A stretch of 64,000 bases of DNA from Gemmatimonadaceae bacterium (GTDB taxonomy: Bacteria > Gemmatimonadota > Gemmatimonadetes > Gemmatimonadales > Gemmatimonadaceae): positions 1-64,000 of the forward strand of contig JBJMOW010000006.1 of the NCBI GenBank assembly GCA_045803545.1, read 5' to 3'. Below the pieces are notes generated by a model. It was not told where the DNA came from, did no database searches, and saw only the letters and a program-made list of their open reading frames with translations. Shown in pieces: positions 7,828-18,275 of the stretch (position 1 is its first letter; each line of letters starts with the position of its first letter). The translations under genes and the position numbers were made by a program.

Positions 7828-10689
7828 TTACCCCGCCTTGAGAGACACTCTGCCATTGGTCTTGCTACGTGCCTTACCCAGCAACGGCCGCAAATACTGT
7901 CCCGTGTACGACTCCTTCACATTCGCTACTTCGTCCGGAGATCCTTCAGCAACCACCTCACCGCCGCGCAGTCCGCCCTCGGGTCCAAGGTCAACGATCC
8001 AGTCGGCGGTTTTGATGACGTCGAGATTGTGCTCAATGACGAGCACGGTGTTGCCGCGGTCAACGAGGCGATGCAGCACGCTGAGGAGGAGTCGCACGTC
8101 CTCGAAATGCAAACCAGTCGTCGGCTCGTCGAGGATATAGAAGGTGCGTCCGGTGTCACGCTTCGAGAGCTCGGCGGCGAGCTTCACCCGCTGCGCCTCA
8201 CCGCCAGATAGCGTTGTCGCCGACTGACCGAGGTGGATGTAGCCAAGGCCAACGTCGAAAAGAGTCTGCAGCTTCTGCCGCACGCGCGGCTGATTCTCGA
8301 AGAATGCCAGCGCATCTTCGACGGTTTGCTCGAGCACATCGGCGATGCTCAACCCTCGAAAACGAACTTCGAGGGTTTCGCGATTGTAGCGCTTTCCTTT
8401 GCAGACATCGCACGGCACGTAGACGTCGGGCAGGAAGTGCATCTCGATCTTGACCAGACCGTCTCCCTCGCATGCTTCGCAGCGTCCACCCTTGACGTTG
8501 AATGAAAAACGCCCCGGACCATAGCCGCGAATCTTCGCTTCCGGCAATTCCGCAAACAGCTCGCGAATGGGAGTGAAAAGCCCGGTGTACGTCGCCGGGT
8601 TCGAGCGTGGCGTGCGACCGATCGGACTCTGGTCAATGTCGATGACCTTGTCGAGATGCTGGAAGCCGGTGATGCGATCGTGTTTGCCCGGGATCACTCG
8701 CGCGCGATAGAAGTGTCTCGCCATCGAGCGATGCAGGATGTCTTCGATCAACGTGGACTTACCGCTGCCGGACACGCCGGTGACGGCGACGAACAATCCG
8801 AGCGGGATCTCGACATCGAGGTTACGCAGATTGTGCTCGCGCGCACCTTCGATGCGAATCACGCGATCGGCGTTCGCACGTCGCCGCACTGCAGGGATGG
8901 GAATCTCGACGTCGCCGCGCAGATAGCGTCCGGTGATCGATTCCTTGTTGTCACGCACTTCGGCAACCGTTCCCGCCGCGATGACGAGTCCGCCGTGCTT
9001 GCCTGCACCAGGACCGAGATCGATCAGGTGATCGGCAGCCTGCATCGTCTCCTCGTCGTGCTCGACGACGATGACGGTGTTGCCGAGATCGCGCAGCTGT
9101 CGAAGCGTATTGAGCAAGCGCGCGTTGTCGCGCTGATGCAGACCGATCGACGGCTCGTCGAGGATGTACAGGACGCCGACGAGACGCGATCCAATCTGGG
9201 TCGCGAGTCGAATTCTTTGGGCCTCACCGCCCGACAGGGACTCAGCAGACCGACCGAGCGTGAGATATTCGAGACCGACGTCGTTCAGAAAGCGAAGTCG
9301 CTCCCGCACTTCCTTCAGAATCGGACCGGCGATTTCCGGATCGAGTCCGGGCTTGCCGTTGCCGCGCACCGGTAGGTTCACAAAGAATTCGAGCGCTTCC
9401 GTGATCGGCAGGGCGACGACGTCGCCGATGTTCTGTCCGGCGACTGTGACCGCCAGCGATTCCGGCTTGAGCCTGCGGCCACCACACGTTGTGCATGGTC
9501 GCTCCTGCATGTACTCCTCCAGCTCGAGTCGCACCGAATCAGACTCTGTTTCGTCGTAACGCCGCTGGATGTTGGAGACGATTCCTTCCCAATGCGTACC
9601 GCTGCGATCGTGCAGCGTGCCTGCTTTGCCGCCGGTACCATAGAGCAGCTTGTCGCGCACTTCGGGTCTCAGCTGCCCCCACGGAGTGTTCGGATTGAAC
9701 CCGAACTGCTTGGCCAGCCCGGGAAGAATGACTTTCTTCAGATAGCCATCGGGCTCGCCCCAGGGCAGTACAACGCCCTCGAGAATGCTGATGCTCGGAT
9801 CGCCGAGTATCAGCTCCTCGCTGACTTCGCGACGTGAGCCGAGTCCGCCGCAGGCCGGGCACGCGCCAAACGGCGAGTTGAAGGAAAAATGCCGCGGCTC
9901 CAACTCCGGCAAGGAGATGCCGCACTCCGGGCAGCCGTACCTCTCGGAGAAGAGATGGGTGGTACGTTCGTCGGCGCGATTCACCTCGACGACGCCTTCG
10001 GCCAGCTTCAGCGCCGTCTCGAGCGAGTCGTTCAAGCGCCCCCGGTCTTCGCCGCGCACGATCAAACGGTCGACCACGACAGAGATGTTGTGATTCATCC
10101 GCCGGTTCAGACGAGGCGGGTTCGCAACCTCGACCAGCTCGCCATCGACGATCGCGCGCACGAAACCCTGTTTGCGCGCGGCATCGAACAGCTCGCGGAA
10201 CTCGCCTTTGCGACCGCGCACCAGCGGCGCCAGTATCTCGAGCTTGGTTCCTTCGGGCCAGGTCAGGATCGAGTCGGCGATCTGACCAGCACTCTGTCGA
10301 TCGACCGGGCGGCCGCAGTTAGGGCAATGCGGAGTGCCGGCGCGGGCGTAAAGCAAGCGCAAGTAGTCGTAGATCTCGGTAACGGTGCCGACTGTCGAAC
10401 GCGGATTGTGGCCGGCCGTTTTCTGCTCGATCGAAATCGCCGGGGACAGACCCTCGATTGAATCGACGTCCGGCTTTTCCATGAGGCCGAGGAACTGGCG
10501 AGCGTACGCCGACAGCGACTCGACATACCGACGCTGGCCTTCGGCGTAGATGGTGTCGAAGGCGAGCGACGACTTTCCCGACCCCGACAGGCCCGTAATG
10601 ACCGTCAGCCTATCGCGAGGGATAGTGACGTCTATGTTTCTAAGGTTGTGTTCGCGGGCACCGCGGACGATCAGAGACTCTTCCGGCAT
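7828..10689 (-). CDS. uvrA: excinuclease ABC subunit A
   Basis: GAREHNL, two Walker A motifs ([16 protein letters not shown]), Zn fingers, LSGGEAQR twice. Confidence 0.99.
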   Translation of the reverse strand: MPEESLIVRGAREHNLRNIDVTIPRDRLTVITGLSGSGKSSLAFDTIYAEGQRRYVESLSAYARQFLGLMEKPDVDSIEGLSPAISIEQKTAGHNPRSTVGTVTEIYDYLRLLYARAGTPHCPNCGRPVDRQSAGQIADSILTWPEGTKLEILAPLVRGRKGEFRELFDAARKQGFVRAIVDGELVEVANPPRLNRRMNHNISVVVDRLIVRGEDRGRLNDSLETALKLAEGVVEVNRADERTTHLFSERYGCPECGISLPELEPRHFSFNSPFGACPACGGLGSRREVSEELILGDPSISILEGVVLPWGEPDGYLKKVILPGLAKQFGFNPNTPWGQLRPEVRDKLLYGTGGKAGTLHDRSGTHWEGIVSNIQRRYDETESDSVRLELEEYMQERPCTTCGGRRLKPESLAVTVAGQNIGDVVALPITEALEFFVNLPVRGNGKPGLDPEIAGPILKEVRERLRFLNDVGLEYLTLGRSAESLSGGEAQRIRLATQIGSRLVGVLYILDEPSIGLHQRDNARLLNTLRQLRDLGNTVIVVEHDEETMQAADHLIDLGPGAGKHGGLVIAAGTVAEVRDNKESITGRYLRGDVEIPIPAVRRRANADRVIRIEGAREHNLRNLDVEIPLGLFVAVTGVSGSGKSTLIEDILHRSMARHFYRARVIPGKHDRITGFQHLDKVIDIDQSPIGRTPRSNPATYTGLFTPIRELFAELPEAKIRGYGPGRFSFNVKGGRCEACEGDGLVKIEMHFLPDVYVPCDVCKGKRYNRETLEVRFRGLSIADVLEQTVEDALAFFENQPRVRQKLQTLFDVGLGYIHLGQSATTLSGGEAQRVKLAAELSKRDTGRTFYILDEPTTGLHFEDVRLLLSVLHRLVDRGNTVLVIEHNLDVIKTADWIVDLGPEGGLRGGEVVAEGSPDEVANVKESYTGQYLRPLLGKARSKTNGRVSLKAG

Positions 10690-10827
10690 AGCCTCGTAAG
10701 GTCGCGGGTTGCGCGCCGAGACTCAAGCCGGCCTGATTGGCACCAACCGTACGCCTGCGTGTTATCTGCCTGTCACGAGCGGACATAGCTTAAAGCCGAG
10801 GCGCCCATTTTGCATTCAGGAGGCGAC

Positions 10828-11919
10828 ATGCTGCGACAGCTTGTAGACGTCCTTACCCTGAAGTCAGACCGCCCAGCACGACGCCTGACGGCATACTATG
10901 CCATCCTGGCCGTCGTCGTTGCCCTTCTCTACTACTTCTTCCCGGGCGCCATTCGCGGGATCGCCGAGAAAGGCCTTGGCGATGTCGCCGAAGGTCCAAC
11001 GGTTCTTACCGATGCGCTCACCGGCGCGGCAGGCGCCAGGGTCGGCGGCGTATTCGGCGTCGGCACTGTCGGGTCGCTGGCGGTGAACACGCTGATGATC
11101 CTGTTCGGGACGCTGGCGTTGATGCTCCCGGTGTCGTGGGTCTACATGTCCGCGCGGCCGGCGATTGGTCACAACCAGGCGGTGGTGCAGACTCTGATCA
11201 TCCTGCCGATCGTTGTCGCCGGCATCGTCTACATCGTCCAGAACAGTCTGGCATTGGCCTTCAGTCTGGCTGGGGTGATCGGGGCGGTGCGGTTCAGATC
11301 GAACCTGCGCGATACACGAGACCTCGTCTACATCTTCCTCAGCATCGTCGTCGGCTTTGCCGCAGGTGTGCAGTCGATGGTCGTCGGCGTGATCGTGTCC
11401 GTCGTCTTCAACTACGTAATGCTGGTCACATGGCGTTACGACTACGGCCGCAACCTGCTCACGCCGACGGCATCAGCACAGTGGGCGTGGCCGCTGCAGA
11501 CTCTCGCGGGGCCGACTGGCGAGCGGGAGATCCCCGACCGCGACCTGGTGCTGTCGCTGACTCCGGAGCGCGCACAGGCATTGGCGGCGCGCTTCGATCG
11601 CGTGCGCGGCGTGCTTGGGAAGAAGAATAAAAAGCCACGCTTCAACGCAGTCCTGAAGATCACAACCGATGACGTCCCAGGCGCCCGGCGTGAAGTGGAG
11701 AACGTGCTCGAGCGGATGACCAAACGGTGGGACCTCGACGAAGTCGTCACGCATACCGGGAAGCCGTGCGAGATCTACTATCTGGTGAAGCCGCGCAAGG
11801 CGATCCCCCAGGATCAGCTGCTGACGGAAATCCACTCGCAGTCGGGCAACAAGATCGCTTCGGCTGATATCGAGACAGCGCAACCGGCGAGCAGCAAGAA
11901 GGATGGCAATAACGCATGA
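10828..11919 (+). CDS. DUF4956-family membrane protein
   Basis: NSLALAFSLAGVIGAVRFRSNLRDTRDLVYIF motif, TM helices and soluble C-terminal domain; AGGAGG RBS before ATG 10828. Confidence 0.85.
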   Translation: MLRQLVDVLTLKSDRPARRLTAYYAILAVVVALLYYFFPGAIRGIAEKGLGDVAEGPTVLTDALTGAAGARVGGVFGVGTVGSLAVNTLMILFGTLALMLPVSWVYMSARPAIGHNQAVVQTLIILPIVVAGIVYIVQNSLALAFSLAGVIGAVRFRSNLRDTRDLVYIFLSIVVGFAAGVQSMVVGVIVSVVFNYVMLVTWRYDYGRNLLTPTASAQWAWPLQTLAGPTGEREIPDRDLVLSLTPERAQALAARFDRVRGVLGKKNKKPRFNAVLKITTDDVPGARREVENVLERMTKRWDLDEVVTHTGKPCEIYYLVKPRKAIPQDQLLTEIHSQSGNKIASADIETAQPASSKKDGNNA

Positions 11920-12818
11920 TGCTGGCGAAAATCGCTCTGCTCGCGGCACTGGCGATTTCGCTCGACGGTTGCGGCGACACACCCCAGGCGAGAGCGGCGC
12001 TGGCGAAGACAGTCAGCCAGCAGCGACTTCAACAACTGAGACAACGTGAAGCGCAGGCGGACGCCGATCCGAGCAAGGATCTGCCAGTGGCGGAGTGGAT
12101 CATGCCGTCATCCCTGCGCGAGATTTCCGGACTCGCGGTAACCTCGCGCGGAACGGTGCTCACTCACGACGACAATGTCGGGCGCGTTTCGGAAATCGAT
12201 CCGCGAACGGGGATTCTGGTCAAGAGTTTTGCCCTGGCCGGCCTGCAGAAGGGTGACTTCGAAGCAATCACCATCGCGGGCCCGGACATCTATCTGCTCG
12301 AGAGCAATGGTCGGCTCTTCAAGTTCCGGGAGGCTGCCGACGGGCAACAGGTTCCGTACTCGATCTATGACACCGGCCTGGGCAAGGAATGCGAGTTCGA
12401 GAGTCTCACCTATGAACCAGACAGCTCCAGGCTGTTGATGGCGTGCAAGCGTCTGCTCGACAAGAACGAGGGACACGAGCTGCGGATTTATATCCTGCCG
12501 CTGCCGCTCGGGAATCCCTCAGCAACGACCTCGATGACGATTCCGATTGACGAAGTCCGGCAGCATAACAAGTGGAAGAATTTCCGTCCGTCGGACATGA
12601 ACATCGATCCATTCACTGGGAACTACGTCATAGTGGCTTCGCGCGAGAAAGCGTACGTGGTCGTGACGCCGGAGGGCGACGTGGTGCGGTCGCAGATGCT
12701 TCCCGGCGATCACCGACAGGCCGAAGGGATCGCGATCACGAAGGACAGCCTGATGATCGTGAGCGACGAGGCCAATGTCACTCCGCCCAAAATCACGCTT
12801 TACCGATGGCGTCCATGA
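11916..12818 (+). CDS. SdiA-regulated/phytase-like beta-propeller lipoprotein
   Basis: Lipobox LDGC; repeated blade motifs EISGL, DFEAI, EFESL, QAEGIA; ATGA overlap with upstream gene. Confidence 0.8.
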   Translation: MMLAKIALLAALAISLDGCGDTPQARAALAKTVSQQRLQQLRQREAQADADPSKDLPVAEWIMPSSLREISGLAVTSRGTVLTHDDNVGRVSEIDPRTGILVKSFALAGLQKGDFEAITIAGPDIYLLESNGRLFKFREAADGQQVPYSIYDTGLGKECEFESLTYEPDSSRLLMACKRLLDKNEGHELRIYILPLPLGNPSATTSMTIPIDEVRQHNKWKNFRPSDMNIDPFTGNYVIVASREKAYVVVTPEGDVVRSQMLPGDHRQAEGIAITKDSLMIVSDEANVTPPKITLYRWRP

Positions 12819-15421
12819 TGTCTCTATGCAGAATTCACACTCGCGGCGCGATCCTCGTTGCCGCGTTTTCACTTCTCATCTGTCCGGATCTCCTCGCGCA
12901 AGCGCAGACACCGGTCGTCCGACGGATCGGAAACGACACCGTCATCGTGATCGCCGGTGAGGCCTTCCGAGCGGGCTCGTTTCATCGAGAGCTGCTCGGC
13001 AACAACTGGCGCGATGAGTGGACGACGCCAATCAAGGTGCCGGTGCTCAACCTGCAAACGACGCACGGCGGCCTGAAGCCAACAAAGGAGGGCGGCGGAT
13101 TTCAGGCGCCGAATCTTCGCTTCGAGGCGGCAGACGGGTCGGAATGGGTGTTCCGCATGGTGAAAAAGGTGCGGACCATACTTGGTCCTGAGTACAACCA
13201 TACGGTCGTCGAATACATCGTGCGCGATGAAGGGAGCGCGTCACATCCGACGGCGTTGAGGGCTGCCGCCCCAGTGCTCGCAGCAGCCGCCGTGCTGCAT
13301 CCATCTCCCAAGCTTTATTACATGCCCGACGATCCGGCGCTCGGCGAATTCCGAAAGACATTCGCGGGTGTACTCGGTGAGCTCGAGGAGCATCCGTCGG
13401 CACCTAAAGACGGTCGGGCGTTCGCCGGTGCCGAGAAAATCATAGGCAGCGACACCCTGCTCGAGCGGCTGAACACCGATCCGAAAACGCGAGTCGACGC
13501 GCGACAGCTGCTGACGGCGCGGCTGGTGGATCTCCTGCTGGGCGACAACGACCGTCACCCTGATCAGTGGGATTGGGCGCAGTTTTCCAAAGACGACAAC
13601 GCCGTTTGGGAGCCGATCGCGACCGACCGTGACAAGGTCTTCGTCAACTACGAAGGATTGATACTGAACATCGCGCGGTTTGCAGTGCCGAGCCTGGTAC
13701 AATTCCGCGCCCACTATTCCGACCCGACTGCGCTATCGGCAAATGCAACCGAGTTCGATCGCCGGATGCTGCAGACGCTGGGCAAGGCAACGTGGGATTC
13801 AGTCGCGACGAGTCTGATGCAACGCATCACCGATCCGGTGATCGACAACGCGGTCGCGCAGATGCCGTCGGAGTACGCGCGCTATTCGGCGAGTATCGCG
13901 AGCAGACTCAAAGCGCGGCGAAACGGGTTGAGGGGCGTGGCAGATCGTTATTACGGCGAGCTCTGGCGAGTTGCCGATGTGCATGCGACCGACGCCGACG
14001 ATCAGCTCAACGTGATGCGTGCCGGCGATGGGATCGTCGACGTAGTGCTACAATCGGGAAACGATGCGCCGTACTTCGCGCGCCGGTTCTATGCGGGGGA
14101 GACGAAGGAGATTCGCATCTACCTGCATGGCGGCGACGATCAGGCGGTGATCGATGGTCACGTGCGGTCGAGCATTCCGTTGCGAGTGATTGGAGGCAAC
14201 GGCACCAACACCATCCGCGACATCTCCACTGTCGGCGGCCGAGCGAGTCCGACGCGCATATATGATCAGGGTCCGGTAAGCAACGTCAAGTACGCACCGG
14301 ACACGATCGACGCAAAGGCGAACGTCGACATGGCGTTCAATCACTCCTTCAATCGCCGTCCCTGGCTGCGCGCATACGGTACGTTGATTCCGCCGATTCA
14401 GGACCGTGGCGGCACAACCCGTCCGATACTCGGCATCCATTCACAGCGCGTGCTGGGCTATTACCCCGTGATAGGTGTCGCACGGTATCAGTATGGATTC
14501 CGCGACGTCCCGTACTCGATAATGGAGGAAGCCGATTTTTCGTACGCCACGTCCGGACGCATTCGGGCTCGTGCCGCGCTCGACAAACGCTTCGAAGGAT
14601 CCGACACCCACATCCCAGTAACCGGCCACTTCTCGCAGTACGAGGTGGTTCAGTTCCACGGCTTCGGCAACGATGTGCCCGATCTCAAGGGACTTTTTTA
14701 TGGCGTGAAGCAGAGCCAGTGGGAGATTTTCCCGGCGATCGGTCACTCGTTCAACCCGGCCAGCGATCTCTCCCTGGGACCAGTTCTGCGCTACACGACC
14801 ACTGACAGTCTCGCCAATCGCTTCATCACCCAGCTGCATCCGACCGGGTTCTCGACATTCGGACAAACGGGCCTCCAACTCAAGCTGCATCTCGACAGCC
14901 GCTATTATCCGGACACCGTGAAGCCGCGCCTGGTGTTCGACGTCGCCGGCGCCGGTTATCCCGGGATGTGGAGCGTAAATACACCGTACGAGTCAATCGA
15001 CGGCTGGGCGGCCGCGTTCTTTACACTACCGCTGGCGAAGAAGCCGGTGCTCGCGTTCCGCGCTGGCGGGAAGAAACTGTGGGGCGATTTCCCATACTTC
15101 GACGCGGCGTTCCTTGGCGGCTCCGAGACCTATCGCGTCGAGGAGAGACAGCACTGGGCTGGCGACGCGACTCTCTACGGCTCGACAGAATTGCGAGTTC
15201 CGCTGGCAGAATTTCCGTTCATTCTGCCGTTGAATGTCGGCGCGTTGGGCTTTGCTGATGCTGGGCGAGTCTATTACAACGGTGACTCACCGGGCGGTTG
15301 GCATTCCGCGGCTGGCGGGGGCATTTGGATTGGCTACCGCAATCCGACTCCCGGCATTCAGATCCTGTTCACCAATCGGAGCGGACGCCGCCTGTACACC
15401 AACTTCGGCTTCGCCTTCTGA
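12815..15421 (+). CDS. secreted Omp85/BamA-TamA-type barrel protein with N-terminal atypical-kinase-like domain
   Basis: Signal peptide; GGGFQ loop, GDNDRHPDQW, ATDRDKVF; C-terminal barrel motifs (LGGSETYR, STELR, FADAGRV, GGGIW) ending in F. Start ATG 12815 (ATGA overlap). Confidence 0.8.
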   Translation: MMSLCRIHTRGAILVAAFSLLICPDLLAQAQTPVVRRIGNDTVIVIAGEAFRAGSFHRELLGNNWRDEWTTPIKVPVLNLQTTHGGLKPTKEGGGFQAPNLRFEAADGSEWVFRMVKKVRTILGPEYNHTVVEYIVRDEGSASHPTALRAAAPVLAAAAVLHPSPKLYYMPDDPALGEFRKTFAGVLGELEEHPSAPKDGRAFAGAEKIIGSDTLLERLNTDPKTRVDARQLLTARLVDLLLGDNDRHPDQWDWAQFSKDDNAVWEPIATDRDKVFVNYEGLILNIARFAVPSLVQFRAHYSDPTALSANATEFDRRMLQTLGKATWDSVATSLMQRITDPVIDNAVAQMPSEYARYSASIASRLKARRNGLRGVADRYYGELWRVADVHATDADDQLNVMRAGDGIVDVVLQSGNDAPYFARRFYAGETKEIRIYLHGGDDQAVIDGHVRSSIPLRVIGGNGTNTIRDISTVGGRASPTRIYDQGPVSNVKYAPDTIDAKANVDMAFNHSFNRRPWLRAYGTLIPPIQDRGGTTRPILGIHSQRVLGYYPVIGVARYQYGFRDVPYSIMEEADFSYATSGRIRARAALDKRFEGSDTHIPVTGHFSQYEVVQFHGFGNDVPDLKGLFYGVKQSQWEIFPAIGHSFNPASDLSLGPVLRYTTTDSLANRFITQLHPTGFSTFGQTGLQLKLHLDSRYYPDTVKPRLVFDVAGAGYPGMWSVNTPYESIDGWAAAFFTLPLAKKPVLAFRAGGKKLWGDFPYFDAAFLGGSETYRVEERQHWAGDATLYGSTELRVPLAEFPFILPLNVGALGFADAGRVYYNGDSPGGWHSAAGGGIWIGYRNPTPGIQILFTNRSGRRLYTNFGFAF

Positions 15422-16416
15422 CGATTTCGACGTCTGCGAGTGGCGGTACAATCGCGGCGGTAGCAAAGGGGGCGGCGATAGCGAGCGCGATAGTCACCAT
15501 CGTGCTCGCCGGATGCAAAGGAAAGGAAGCATCGCCGACGGCGGAGGGTGCGTCGCTGCAGGAGATGGTGCTCGCAGGAGCGCCGGTCGCGATCGCCGTC
15601 GGCGACATCGCGGTGTGCGGTAGCAGCGGCGACGAGGCAACCGGAAAGCTCGCCGACAGTCTCATTCGATCCGACAGCGCGCAGGGCACCCAAAGCGTCA
15701 TCGTCACGCTTGGAGACAATGCATACCCATCGGGCGATCAGGGTGTGAACGACGACTTCCAACGCTGCTTCAAGCCGTCGTGGGGCGATGCGCGGATCAT
15801 GAACGTCATTCACCCCTCCCCTGGCAATCATGATTACGATAGCGGCAGCGGCGATCCCTATTTCGATTTCTTCGGATCCCGCGCGGGTCCCCACGGCAAG
15901 GGCTACTACAGTTTCGACATCAACGGTTGGCACCTGATCTCGCTGAACAGCGAGCTGTACTTCGACGCGGGCGACCCCGCGAAGGCGAAAGCACAGGAGG
16001 ATTGGCTGCGCGCTGATCTTCGACAGCATCGCACGCAGTGTGCGGTCGCGTATTTCCATCGCCCGTACTTCAGCTCCGGCGAGTATGGCACCACGCGCGA
16101 GCTGAAAACGATCTGGCAGATTCTCTACGATGGTGGTGTCGATCTCGTGCTCAACGGTCACGAGCACGATTACGAGCGGTTCCTTCCACAAACGTCGACC
16201 GGCGTCGCCGACTCGGCGGATGGAATGGAGGAAATCGTGGCAGGTACCGGCGGCGGAACTCTCCGCTCCTTTGACCGGCCGGTGTCCAACTCGGTTGCGC
16301 GAATCCAGGGGCGCTTCGGAGTCTTGAAAGTCTGGCTGGGTAATGGAGAGTATCGACGCGCGTTCGTGACGACGGACGGGACAGTCTGGGATGTTGGAGG
16401 ACGTCGCTGCCGCTGA
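15418..16416 (+). CDS. calcineurin-like metallophosphoesterase lipoprotein (purple-acid-phosphatase-like); start uncertain
   Basis: GDIA, LGDNAY, PGNHDY, FHRP, GHEHDYER motifs; lipobox LAGC. Candidate start is an in-frame CTG overlapping the upstream TGA. Confidence 0.85.
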   Translation: MTISTSASGGTIAAVAKGAAIASAIVTIVLAGCKGKEASPTAEGASLQEMVLAGAPVAIAVGDIAVCGSSGDEATGKLADSLIRSDSAQGTQSVIVTLGDNAYPSGDQGVNDDFQRCFKPSWGDARIMNVIHPSPGNHDYDSGSGDPYFDFFGSRAGPHGKGYYSFDINGWHLISLNSELYFDAGDPAKAKAQEDWLRADLRQHRTQCAVAYFHRPYFSSGEYGTTRELKTIWQILYDGGVDLVLNGHEHDYERFLPQTSTGVADSADGMEEIVAGTGGGTLRSFDRPVSNSVARIQGRFGVLKVWLGNGEYRRAFVTTDGTVWDVGGRRCR

Positions 16417-16425
16417 GGACTGCGG

Positions 16426-16620
16426 ACCAACTGCTAACCGAAGGTAGGGAGTGGGCAGAGAATGCTGAGAATGCAGTTTGGAGCGTATGAGTGTGGCGCT
16501 CAGAGGTGGAGACGCCCGAACGCCAATATCAACGCTGTATCCTGCTCCCTGGGCATCCTCTGTGTCCTGCCTACCTTTACTTCCAGCATGCAGTTTGAAG
16601 TTCACAGTATCGCAGTTGGT
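16426..16620. repeat. palindromic element, non-coding relative of the four-helix-bundle cassette
   Basis: Outer 9-bp IR ACCAACTGC/GCAGTTGGT; inner imperfect IR 16441-16465 vs 16553-16577; the 16557-16578 arm matches 27004-27025 at 20/22. Confidence 0.8.
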
Positions 16621-16643
16621 AGCGACCACACACTTTTAGAGCA

Positions 16644-18275
16644 ATGGCGACGAACCCGGTTCTCACTCTGAGCGACGGCGGCGCGGCGGGACCGCGGCCG
16701 GAGCATACCGTTCGCGTGTCCGCAATCGACATCGGATCGAACTCTATTCGCCAGACGATCGCCGATGTTTCGCCGACGGGAGTGATACGGGTCGTCGACG
16801 AAATGAAGGCGGCGCCGCGGCTGGGTGCCGGGCTCACCGAGCGCGGGATGCTGAGCGAGGTGGCAATCCAGAACGCGCTCGTCGTGCTGGGCAGGATGGC
16901 GACGCTGGCAAAGCAACTGGGTGTCGAGCGGACCGAGATCGTTGCCACCAGTGCGGTGCGTGAGGCGGCGAACGGTGAGCAGTTCCTGAAGCTGGTGCGC
17001 GAAGAGACCGCGCTCAAAGTCAAGATTCTGCACGGCGACGATGAGGCTCGACTCGCCTTCCGCAGCGCGCTCGCGCACTTCGAGCTGGCGATCGGACGCG
17101 CAGTCGTTATGGACATCGGCGGCGGATCGTTGGAGCTCGCCCTCAGTGCCGACGGTCTGGTCGATCGTCTGCTTTCACTGCCACTCGGCGCAATCCGGAT
17201 GACTGAGAAGTATCTCGCTCCGGGAAAAAAGAACGGCCTGCAGAAGCTGCGCAAACACGTTCGCTCCGAGCTGCGCAAGCATCTCGCGGTGCGTCACTGG
17301 CACACGCCGCGGATCATTTGCTCCGGCGGAACGTTCACAACGCTTAGCTCGATCTACCTCGCGCGCACAGGAATGGCGGAAGCGAAGACGGTGCACGGCA
17401 CTGTCGTGCCGCGCATCGAGCTCGAGCACATCGTCGACACGCTGAACAACATGTCCGTAGTCGAGCGACAGGGCGTGCCGGGACTAAAGGCTGCGCGCAG
17501 CGATATCATCGTCGCCGGTTTAGCGGTCGCTGCCGAGGTTGCGGCGCGAGTCGAAGCCAAGGAGCTGGTGGTATCCGCGTACGGCATTCGCGAAGGACTC
17601 CTGCTCGAGAGCGCGCAGGTGCAGCCGACGCCGGCGGATCCTGGCGAGGCGCGTGAGCGAGCCGTACGCGATCTCGCGGAGCGATCGCATTATGAGGAAC
17701 CGCACGCCAAGCACGTGCAGATGCTCGCGCTGCAGTTGTTCGACGCGGTGGGACCCCGGATTGGCCTGACGGCTGAAGATCGACAGCTGCTCTCCGATGC
17801 AGCATTGCTGCACGACATCGGTTATCACATCAGCTACGACAAGCACAATAAGCACTCGTACCATTTGATCGAGCACGCTGAGCTGTTGGGGATGACGCCG
17901 GCCGACCAGATCATCGTCGCGAACATCGCGCGGTATCATCGCGGTGCTGAGCCCAAGAAAAAGCACGTCAACTACGGGCGACTCGAGAAGCAGTTGCGCC
18001 GTCGCATCAAGAAACTCTCGGCGATACTGCGCGTCGCTGATGGCTTCGATCGCGGGCACGCCGGCGCAGTCACCGAGATCAAGGCGCGCTGGATGGAGCG
18101 CGCGCTACGATTGACAGCGGTGCCGGCACGCCAGGGTTACAGCCTGCGTTTGGAGCTGTGGGGCGCGAGCAGAAAATCCAACCTGCTGGCTCAAGTCACG
18201 CACGCTCCGGTGGAGATCGTGGCGCCGGACGGAACCGTGACGACCTACGAGGACGAAGTCGGCACCGCGGACTGA
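16644..18275 (+). CDS. ppx: Ppx/GppA exopolyphosphatase with HD domain
   Basis: AIDIGSNS, ATSAVREAAN, DIGGGSLE, GIREG, LLHDIG. Confidence 0.95.
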   Translation: MATNPVLTLSDGGAAGPRPEHTVRVSAIDIGSNSIRQTIADVSPTGVIRVVDEMKAAPRLGAGLTERGMLSEVAIQNALVVLGRMATLAKQLGVERTEIVATSAVREAANGEQFLKLVREETALKVKILHGDDEARLAFRSALAHFELAIGRAVVMDIGGGSLELALSADGLVDRLLSLPLGAIRMTEKYLAPGKKNGLQKLRKHVRSELRKHLAVRHWHTPRIICSGGTFTTLSSIYLARTGMAEAKTVHGTVVPRIELEHIVDTLNNMSVVERQGVPGLKAARSDIIVAGLAVAAEVAARVEAKELVVSAYGIREGLLLESAQVQPTPADPGEARERAVRDLAERSHYEEPHAKHVQMLALQLFDAVGPRIGLTAEDRQLLSDAALLHDIGYHISYDKHNKHSYHLIEHAELLGMTPADQIIVANIARYHRGAEPKKKHVNYGRLEKQLRRRIKKLSAILRVADGFDRGHAGAVTEIKARWMERALRLTAVPARQGYSLRLELWGASRKSNLLAQVTHAPVEIVAPDGTVTTYEDEVGTAD

